From: an uncultured Pirellulales bacterium
GTDB taxonomy: Bacteria; Planctomycetota; Phycisphaerae; Sedimentisphaerales; Anaerobacaceae
Reading direction: 5' to 3'
Assembly: GCA_964462515.1 (NCBI GenBank)
Contig: CAYWXK010000013.1
Coordinates: forward strand, 4,675-68,674
Length of the DNA: 64,000 nt
Made by a program: the position numbers and the translations under genes. How positions within the stretch are numbered: position 1 is the first letter of the stretch; each line of letters opens with the position of its first letter. Shown piece after piece: positions 57,111 through 64,000 of the stretch. The notes below the pieces were generated by a model. That model saw only the letters and a list, made by a program, of their open reading frames with translations, had not been told where the DNA came from and did not search any database.

Positions 57111-58217
57111 ATGGCTGATAAAAACTTTTTCTTTGCTGGCGGCGGAACGGGGGGACATATCTACCCTGCTATCGCCGTCGCAGAGCAGATACTAAAACTT
57201 CAGCCCGAATCAAAAATACGATTCTTCTGCAGCACTCGCAATATTGACACGCAAATCCTCGCCAAAACCGGCTTTAAATATACTACATTGCCGGCCAAAG
57301 GCTTTTCTCTCTCGCCAGGTCATCTGCTTACCTTTTGCACATCATTTCTTAAAAGTTACAAGATTGCAGGCCAGGCAATTTCAGAAAATAAGGATTCTGT
57401 GGTAATCGGCGTCGGCGGATTTGTCGCAGCACCGGTTTGTCTGGCAGCCCACAAAAAGAAAATCCCCATTGTTCTTTTGAATGTCGATATTGTGCCGGGC
57501 AGAGCAAATAAGCTGATAGCCCGCTGGGCAGACCAAATCTTTGTGCAGTTTGAGGACACCAGACGATACTTTACCGGTTATAGCGAAAAGGTTAGCGTCG
57601 TAGGCTGCCCACTACGAAGCGGGTTCGATAATCCCCGGCCACAAAGAGCAATCGAGCAACTGGGGCTTGATAAGAACAAAAAAATTCTGTTTATAACCGG
57701 CGCTTCAAGCGGCTCAGAAAATATCAACACAGCCTTCTGCTCGCTGCTAAAAAACTTGGAGGTCTTTGCCGGCGATTGGCAAATAGTTCACCTAGCCGGA
57801 ACCGCCAATTACGAAAAAGTCAAAACCGGATACGCCGGCGCCAAAATCAGTTACAAAGTCTTAGGATACTTTGATGATATGGCGGATTTACTTTCTGCCG
57901 CAGATTTGGTTGTCGGAAGAAGCGGAGCTGTAAGCACCGCCGAATACGCCGCTGCTGCTGTGCCGAGTATCTGCATCCCTTATCCCTACCACAAAGACAG
58001 ACACCAGTATATACACGCCCGAAAGCTCGCCGACGCAGGTGCAGCGGTGATAGCAGATGACCTGCCTGATGGAAACCAGACCGCCGACCGGCTGTGGGAA
58101 AAGTTGCAGGACTTGATGAGTAACCAGGAAAAACGCCGGCAAATGGCACAAAACTGCAAGGCAATTGCAAAATTAGACGCCGGTTACAAAATCGCACAAC
58201 AACTGCTGCAGAAATAA
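57111..58217 (+). CDS. murG: undecaprenyldiphospho-muramoylpentapeptide beta-N-acetylglucosaminyltransferase
   Basis: FAGGGTGGHIYPAIAVAEQ N-terminal motif and the GT28 C-terminal UDP-GlcNAc binding region (LAGTANYEK...VGRSGAVSTAEYAAAAVPSICIPYP). Confidence 0.88.
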   Translation: MADKNFFFAGGGTGGHIYPAIAVAEQILKLQPESKIRFFCSTRNIDTQILAKTGFKYTTLPAKGFSLSPGHLLTFCTSFLKSYKIAGQAISENKDSVVIGVGGFVAAPVCLAAHKKKIPIVLLNVDIVPGRANKLIARWADQIFVQFEDTRRYFTGYSEKVSVVGCPLRSGFDNPRPQRAIEQLGLDKNKKILFITGASSGSENINTAFCSLLKNLEVFAGDWQIVHLAGTANYEKVKTGYAGAKISYKVLGYFDDMADLLSAADLVVGRSGAVSTAEYAAAAVPSICIPYPYHKDRHQYIHARKLADAGAAVIADDLPDGNQTADRLWEKLQDLMSNQEKRRQMAQNCKAIAKLDAGYKIAQQLLQK

Positions 58218-58303
58218 CTTGACAAAAAGAGGCGGCCTATAAATAATAAAACCCTATAAGGGCTAATGTGGCTTTTGATTTGTCATAAATGATTTGAGGT
58301 CTT

Positions 58304-58348
58304 GTCATTGCGAGCCCCGCACCGTTTCCGGTGCGGGGCGTGGCAATC
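58304..58348. repeat. 'gtcattgcgag-ccccgcaccgtttccggtgcgggg-cgtggcaatc' hairpin element (short family member)
   Basis: Same flanks and stem as the 31080 element, without the internal 60 bp. Confidence 0.7.
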
Positions 58349-58436
58349 TCTATCGATGATGAAGCTGGTTTTGTTAGACTTCCATAAATGGTTTTTTGTC
58401 TTTTTTGCTTTTTGAGAGTAAGTAGAAGGAAAACAG

Positions 58437-60245
58437 ATGAAAATAATCCACAATAGTCGCCGCGATTTTCTCAAAACATCAATGTATCTTGGCGCAGCAG
58501 CAGTCGCCGCAAATCCTTTAGGCAGAGCTTTTGCGCAGAGTTCAAGCAAAGGCGGCTCCAAAATGAAACTCGGTTTTGTCACCTACCAGTGGGGCAGGGA
58601 CTGGGACCTTCCGACGTTGATTGCCAACTGCGAAAAGGCAGGAGTACTGGGCGTAGAATTACGAACCGAGCACGCCCACAAAGTTGAATCCAATTTAACC
58701 AGCCAGCAGCGCAAGGACGTCAAAAAGCGCTTTGACGATAGCCCTGTGGTTCTCGTTGGCTTAGGCACCAACTTCTGTTTCCATCACACAGACCCTGAAA
58801 AACTAAAAAAAGATATTCAAGGCACTAAAGACTATGTAATACTCAGCCGTGACGTGGGCGGCTCAGGAGTGAAGGTTAAACCAAACGACCTGCCTGCGGG
58901 TGTGCCGCATGAAAAAACGATAGAGCAAATCGGCAAATCGCTCAACGAGCTTGGCAAATTCGGCGCAGACCTCGGCCAGCAAATCCGCCTTGAAGTTCAC
59001 GGCTCCTGCGCGCCTCTGCCTGTGATAAAACAGATTATGGATGTTGCCAATCACCCCAATGTTACCGTCTGCTGGAACTGCAACTCTCAGGACCTCGAAG
59101 GCCAGGGCCTTAAATACAACTTTAACCTCGTCAAGGACCGCTTCGGTGATATTTGCCACGTCCGCGAGCTGAACATCGGCGACTATCCATATCAGGAGCT
59201 TATAAATCTGCTGGCCCAAATGAATTATGCCGGCTGGGTTCTGCTCGAAGCCCGCACCGAACCCAAGGACCGCATCCAGGCGCTCATCGAGCAAAGGCAA
59301 TTCTGGGAACAAATGCTCGCAAAAGCCCTCTCAGGCAAAATAGCTGCAAAGCAAAGCGAAGGACAATCCGGCGTCAAAATCACAGAACTGCCGGACAAAA
59401 TAAAAGTCGAGGTCAATGGAAAACTATTTACAGAATACAACTTCAAAGATGTCCCGCGTCCCTATTTTTATCCTGTAATCGGCCCGACCGGCGTCAACAT
59501 CACCCGCCACTGGCCAATGAAAGAGGTCGAAAATGAGGACCGCGACCACATCCATCATCGCTCTTTGTGGTTCACACACGGGGACGTGAACGGCAACGAC
59601 TTCTGGGGAGAAAGCAGCAAATCAGGCAAGATTGTCCACGACAAATTCCTTCAGGTCAGCTCAGGCCCGGATGTCGGCGTGATTCAGTCACAAAACAAAT
59701 GGGTGGCGGTTGACGGCAAGATAATTTGCACCGACACCCGCACACACAAATTCTATAGCACACCCGGCGGCCAAATAATGGACTTTGAAGTTACCATTCA
59801 CGCCTCGAACGGTGAGGTGACTTTTGGTGACACCAAAGAAGGCTCGATGGCTATCCGTGTAGCTGCAACGATGCAGGTAGAAGGCAAAATCGCAAAGGGA
59901 CATATCATCAATAGTCAGGGCGACAGCGACGGCTCGGCCTGGGGCAAGCGCGCAACCTGGTGCGATTACTACGGCCCCGTAGATGACCAGGTCGTAGGAG
60001 TGGCCATCTTTGACCACCCGCAGAATCCGAAGCACCCAACCTGGTGGCACGTTCGCACTTATGGTTTGTTTGCTGCCAATCCGTTTGGCGTTCACGATTT
60101 TGAGAAAAAACCCGCAGGAACAGGTAATATCGTTATTCCAAACGGCCAGAGCTTGACATTTAAGTATCGTTTCTACTTCCACAAAGGCGACCAAATTCAA
60201 GGTCAGGTGGCTGAACGCTACCGTGAATATGCAACAGGAAAATAA
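58437..60245 (+). CDS. Tat-secreted fusion: sugar-phosphate isomerase/epimerase (xylose-isomerase-like TIM barrel) + PmoA-like (DUF6807) domain
   Basis: Twin-arginine motif SRRDFLKTSMYLGAAAVAA. N-terminal TIM-barrel region KLGFVTYQWGRDWDLPTLIANCEKAGVLGVELR. C-terminal YFYPVIGPTGVNITRHW...HHRSLWFTHGDVNG...WWHVRTYGLFAANPFG, which is typical of the PmoA/DUF6807 family. Confidence 0.65.
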   Translation: MKIIHNSRRDFLKTSMYLGAAAVAANPLGRAFAQSSSKGGSKMKLGFVTYQWGRDWDLPTLIANCEKAGVLGVELRTEHAHKVESNLTSQQRKDVKKRFDDSPVVLVGLGTNFCFHHTDPEKLKKDIQGTKDYVILSRDVGGSGVKVKPNDLPAGVPHEKTIEQIGKSLNELGKFGADLGQQIRLEVHGSCAPLPVIKQIMDVANHPNVTVCWNCNSQDLEGQGLKYNFNLVKDRFGDICHVRELNIGDYPYQELINLLAQMNYAGWVLLEARTEPKDRIQALIEQRQFWEQMLAKALSGKIAAKQSEGQSGVKITELPDKIKVEVNGKLFTEYNFKDVPRPYFYPVIGPTGVNITRHWPMKEVENEDRDHIHHRSLWFTHGDVNGNDFWGESSKSGKIVHDKFLQVSSGPDVGVIQSQNKWVAVDGKIICTDTRTHKFYSTPGGQIMDFEVTIHASNGEVTFGDTKEGSMAIRVAATMQVEGKIAKGHIINSQGDSDGSAWGKRATWCDYYGPVDDQVVGVAIFDHPQNPKHPTWWHVRTYGLFAANPFGVHDFEKKPAGTGNIVIPNGQSLTFKYRFYFHKGDQIQGQVAERYREYATGK

Positions 60246-60313
60246 TGACCAAACCGATTTCCAGAAAACTATATTGGATTTAACCTTTTACTAAAAATAC
60301 AAGGAGAGCTGTT

Positions 60314-61765
60314 ATGAGTAAGATAACCCGTCGTGATTTTATTAAAAGTTCGCTGGCTGCCGGCGTTACTATGACACTTTTGAGTCCCTACTCTCGTGTC
60401 CGCGGCGCCAATGATGACATTCGCTTGGCTATAGTCGGTGTCGGCGGCCAGGGAAGCGGCCACATTGACAACTTCCGTAAGCTACAAGGGGTGCGTGTAG
60501 TCGCACTTTGTGACGCAGATAAAGACCATCTCGACAAGCGTGTTGAAGACTTCACAAAGCGCAACGAAAAAGTCGATGGATACATTGATGTCCGCAAACT
60601 GCTCGATGATAAGAATATCGATGCTATCACGACCGCTACGCCCAACTTCTGGCACTCTTTGGTAGTGGTCTGGGCCTGCCAGGCCGGCAAAGACGTCTAT
60701 GTCGAAAAGCCGGTTTCGCACAATGTCTGGGAAGGCCGGAAAGCGGTCGAAGCGGCCCGCAAATATAAACGCATTGTGCAGACCGGAACTCAAAAACGCT
60801 CCGATGAAGGGCTGATTGCAGCATTCAAGCACATCCGCGAGGGCAAACTCGGCGCAATCAAATGGGCACGCGGTTTTTGCTATAAACCCAGAGGCAGCAT
60901 CGGCAAGGTCAACGGCCCGCAGCCGATTCCGGCATCGGTCGATTACGACCTTTGGTGTGGGCCGGCTGATATGCTGCCGTTGATGCGTAAGAACCTGCAC
61001 TATGATTGGCACTGGGTGTGGAACACCGGCAATGGTGACATCGGCAACCAGGGTATTCACGAGATGGACCTCGCCCGATGGGCGCTCGGTCAGCCGAAGC
61101 TGGCGCCGGCCGTGATAGGTATCGGCGGCAGGTTCGGTTACGATGACGATGCCGAGACAGCAAACACGCAAATTGCCTTTTATGACTATAAACCAGCTCC
61201 GTTGATTTTTGAGGTCAGGGGCTTACCCCGCAAAGCCGGCGAGACAGGAATGGACGTTTATCGAAAGGTAACTCAAATCGGCGTGGTGGTTCAATGCGAG
61301 AACGGTTATTTCGCCGGCGGTGACGGCGGCGGCTGGACTTACGATAATGACGGCAACAAAATCCAGCAATTCAAGGGCGAAGGCGGCGGCGGACACCACG
61401 AAAACTTCATAAAGGCCGTCCGAAGCCGAAAGGTAAGCGACCTTAACGCCGACATCGAAGAAGGACATTTCTCCAGCGCACTTTGCCATATGGGCAACAT
61501 TTCCTATCGGCTCGGCCGGAAAAAATCCGTCGATGAAATAAAGGAAATGATAAAAGATAACGCCGAGCTGACGGACTCCTTCGAGCGATTTGTAAGCCAT
61601 CTGGCCGCCAACAATGTTGACCTGGCCGCAACGCCCCCCACCATTGGCCCGATGCTCACAATGGATGTTGAGAAGGAAAAATTTACCGGCGAATTCGGCG
61701 ATATGGCGAATACGCTCATTAAACGCAATTACCGTGAGCCCTATGTAATTGGCGATAAGGTCTAA
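60314..61765 (+). CDS. Gfo/Idh/MocA family oxidoreductase with Tat signal
   Basis: Twin-arginine motif ITRRDFIKSSLAAGVTM and Rossmann motif LAIVGVGGQGSGH. EKPV motif (DVYVEKPVSHN). Confidence 0.8.
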   Translation: MSKITRRDFIKSSLAAGVTMTLLSPYSRVRGANDDIRLAIVGVGGQGSGHIDNFRKLQGVRVVALCDADKDHLDKRVEDFTKRNEKVDGYIDVRKLLDDKNIDAITTATPNFWHSLVVVWACQAGKDVYVEKPVSHNVWEGRKAVEAARKYKRIVQTGTQKRSDEGLIAAFKHIREGKLGAIKWARGFCYKPRGSIGKVNGPQPIPASVDYDLWCGPADMLPLMRKNLHYDWHWVWNTGNGDIGNQGIHEMDLARWALGQPKLAPAVIGIGGRFGYDDDAETANTQIAFYDYKPAPLIFEVRGLPRKAGETGMDVYRKVTQIGVVVQCENGYFAGGDGGGWTYDNDGNKIQQFKGEGGGGHHENFIKAVRSRKVSDLNADIEEGHFSSALCHMGNISYRLGRKKSVDEIKEMIKDNAELTDSFERFVSHLAANNVDLAATPPTIGPMLTMDVEKEKFTGEFGDMANTLIKRNYREPYVIGDKV

Positions 61766-62584
61766 ATGAAATTTGCCCTTTGCAATGAGATGTTTGAATC
61801 CCTGCCAATGGCCGAAATCTGCACGACGGCCAAACGGCTCGGCTACGACGGCATCGAGATAGCGCCCTTCACTTTAGCGCGCTCGGCAGAGGATATTTCA
61901 CGAAAGCAGAGAAAACAGGTCCGCAAAATCATCAAAGATTCCGGCCTCGAAACGGTCGGTCTGCACTGGCTGCTCGTCGGGCCGACAGGTCTGCACATAA
62001 CCACACCAGACGATACCGTCTGGCAGAAGACCAGAGATTATTTTTTAATCCTTCTGGACTTGTGCAGCAACCTCGGCGGTAAAGTGGTAGTCCTCGGCTC
62101 ACCGAAACAACGCAGCCTTGTAGATGGACAAACCCAACAAGGCGCCTGGAAAAGAGCTGTTGATTTACTTAGCAGCATTCTCGATAAAGCAAGCTCGCTT
62201 GGCGTTACGGTGTGCATCGAGCCGTTATCGCCAATGGAAACGAACTTTATCAATACGGTGGCCGAAGGATTGCGTTTGGTGCGAGAGATTAACCATCCCA
62301 ATTTTAAGATTCATCTCGATGTCAAAGCGATGTCCTCGGAACTGACTCCGGTCCCAGACATCATCCGTTCTGTCCGGGCCGAAGATATTGGCCATTTTCA
62401 CGTCAACGACACCAACCTTTATGGTCCGGGTATGGGCGATGTGGATTATGGCCCAATCGCAAAGGCGATAAAAGATATTGGTTATGATAAGTGGCTCTCG
62501 GTGGAAGTTTTCAAATACGACCCCGACCCGCAAACCATTGCCCAAAAAAGTATCGACTACCTTCGGTCCTTCTGGCCTTCTTAA
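61766..62584 (+). CDS. sugar phosphate isomerase/epimerase (xylose isomerase-like TIM barrel)
   Basis: KFALCNEMF...AKRLGYDGIEIAP and the conserved His/Glu/Asp metal-site pattern. The start is 1 nt after the previous stop. Confidence 0.7.
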   Translation: MKFALCNEMFESLPMAEICTTAKRLGYDGIEIAPFTLARSAEDISRKQRKQVRKIIKDSGLETVGLHWLLVGPTGLHITTPDDTVWQKTRDYFLILLDLCSNLGGKVVVLGSPKQRSLVDGQTQQGAWKRAVDLLSSILDKASSLGVTVCIEPLSPMETNFINTVAEGLRLVREINHPNFKIHLDVKAMSSELTPVPDIIRSVRAEDIGHFHVNDTNLYGPGMGDVDYGPIAKAIKDIGYDKWLSVEVFKYDPDPQTIAQKSIDYLRSFWPS

Positions 62585-62600
62585 AGGGGTTCTTATTGTT

Positions 62601-63971
62601 TTATCTGTCGATAACTCGCCAGGTTGGCGGTATAAGCTCCGGCACGTGCCATTTGCTGCCGCAGTGATGACACTTATCCATATCCGGGCGACGTAGCTTT
62701 CCGCAGTTGGCACAGGTCACCAATGTTTCCCTTGGCCGGGTGAGTCTATAGGTAATATAGCCAGACAGGCCAAAAGCAACAGTCCCAATTATCCAGCATA
62801 ATCTCGCATTTTCCGAAAGGCCAACCACAGTTGCATCTTTATTAACTCGCCAGGCAAGAAATATTCCCAGCATTATTGATGGCAGTATTATTAGCAGGGC
62901 TGCGGAAAATCTCATTACAATATTTTCACTAATATCCCTTCCTTTCATAGCTATAAAGGAATTGGGAAGGATAAATAGCGCTCTATATCCGGCTGCGGCT
63001 TCAAAGGTGTATGCGCTGAAAAAAGAGACAACAGATAAAACCGGTGGGTGAAGATTCTCTAAAAGGTATTTGGCTATGGTCAATGTAGGTGACCAGGGGG
63101 ACTCAAAAAAGACAGCACTGCTGGAAGGAACATATTCGGGCCTGGACCCAGTCTTATCTTGGACATAGTCCATAGCCCGAGTATATTTCCTTTCTATCGG
63201 AATTCCCTTTTCGTCGAAAACCGCCAGGACCATCGCCGTGCCCTCGCGTGATACGCTCGCCACGAACATTCCTCTGTATTGGTTATCGCTATGAAAAGTC
63301 AGCGGCAAAGCCATATATGCCAGCACATCCTTAGGCGTTACGTCTTCCTTCGATGGGAAAAATGTCTGCGGAGCAGGTAAATAACCGGTAGCTCCGGCAA
63401 ATTCAAGGGTTTCTTTGTCGAGCAGGTCGATTCGTCCGGTTTCGTCAAGCACAAGCAAATACCTGCCTGCATCATAAGAGTTTCCTACGATTGATTTGAA
63501 TTTGCCTGGCGAACGGTATCCTTCCTCTTCCTCTTCCTCTTTTTCCGCTGCTTTAACTTGAGGACCCACCCAATCTAAGTATAAAAATGGATTCTTCCAC
63601 AATAGGCCTATCTGAATGGGCTTGTGTGGGTCATCTTTGCCAAGTTCAGGGCCTTTGGTTACTACTCTTTTCTTGAAGTTAATCGTGAAAAAGCGGTGCA
63701 GCTTTTTGTCGTATAATGTCAGCGGCTGCCAGGGTGTTGCTCTGCCATCCACAATTGGAACTATAAATCGCCCCAGTGCTTTGTCGGGCAACTGTGCAAT
63801 TCCTTCAGGACCGGTATATAGCTTCACTGTCTCAGAGAACACCGTATCGTCAGGCTTTCTTTCCGTATATGTACAGCGACATACGATTTGGCCGGTCTTT
63901 TCGTCAAGATAAATCCATGAGTCGTCTGTCCGGTTATGATAGTAAACGGTTGCGTGACGTGCGCCCGGCAT
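62601..63971 (-). CDS. hypothetical protein with C-terminal TM helices and terminal Cys4 zinc-ribbon (possibly N-terminally truncated by window end)
   Basis: Long ORF whose C-terminus is ...CANCGKLRRPDMDKCHHCGSKW. Two TM helices precede the zinc ribbon. The upstream part may continue beyond position 64000. Confidence 0.4.
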   Translation of the reverse strand: MPGARHATVYYHNRTDDSWIYLDEKTGQIVCRCTYTERKPDDTVFSETVKLYTGPEGIAQLPDKALGRFIVPIVDGRATPWQPLTLYDKKLHRFFTINFKKRVVTKGPELGKDDPHKPIQIGLLWKNPFLYLDWVGPQVKAAEKEEEEEEGYRSPGKFKSIVGNSYDAGRYLLVLDETGRIDLLDKETLEFAGATGYLPAPQTFFPSKEDVTPKDVLAYMALPLTFHSDNQYRGMFVASVSREGTAMVLAVFDEKGIPIERKYTRAMDYVQDKTGSRPEYVPSSSAVFFESPWSPTLTIAKYLLENLHPPVLSVVSFFSAYTFEAAAGYRALFILPNSFIAMKGRDISENIVMRFSAALLIILPSIMLGIFLAWRVNKDATVVGLSENARLCWIIGTVAFGLSGYITYRLTRPRETLVTCANCGKLRRPDMDKCHHCGSKWHVPELIPPTWRVIDR

Positions 63972-64000
63972 ATGTGGTACTCTGTCAACAAAATAATCCA

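Noticed and set aside
59688-61600. Minus-strand ORFs (170, 229, 125 aa) antisense to the PmoA-fusion and Gfo/Idh/MocA genes
   Set aside because: Antisense artefacts in GC-rich coding sequence. The plus-strand frames carry Tat signals and Rossmann motifs.
1-64000. CRISPR arrays, rRNA, tRNA, integrase/transposase genes
   Set aside because: No regular repeat-spacer architecture: the only short tandem repeats are microsatellite-like (34707-34797; 52631-52660) without unique spacers. No tRNA-like T-loop/D-loop consensus and no rRNA-like stretches seen by eye. No recombinase motifs in any long ORF.

Overview
This 64 kb window is a chromosomal segment, probably from a Planctomycetota/PVC-type bacterium (inference from many Tat-signal Gfo/Idh/MocA oxidoreductases, HEAT-repeat and DUF362 proteins, dockerin-tagged beta-helix proteins and large repeat-rich intergenic regions). 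The housekeeping backbone is nusA-infB-rbfA, hisG, efp, miaA, ispA-like, ndk, proC, ftsW and murG. Between these lie accessory genes: secreted right-handed beta-helix paralogs, a serpin, periplasmic sugar-oxidation enzyme clusters, an ECF sigma/anti-sigma pair and an atypical sigma-70-family factor. The most unusual region is a visibly AT-rich island at about 48.1-52.9 kb, bracketed by dispersed hairpin repeats. It holds a truncated beta-class DNA methyltransferase remnant and an 841-aa gamma-class N6-adenine methyltransferase/TRD-like protein translationally coupled (4-nt spacer) to a PIN-domain nuclease. I flag this as a candidate uncharacterised restriction/defence module. The second most unusual feature is a five-gene minus-strand operon (4186-5466 down to 252-1100) that pairs a LeuA/homocitrate-synthase-like enzyme, a dedicated AcpP-like carrier protein and a GlmU-like LbetaH acyltransferase. 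Several dispersed intergenic inverted-repeat families are also present, including 'ccccgcaccaattg' elements with 'gtcattgcgag...ggcaatc' flanks, and 'cctgagcgNagtcgaaggg' hairpins. I found no rRNA, tRNA, CRISPR array, integrase or transposase.
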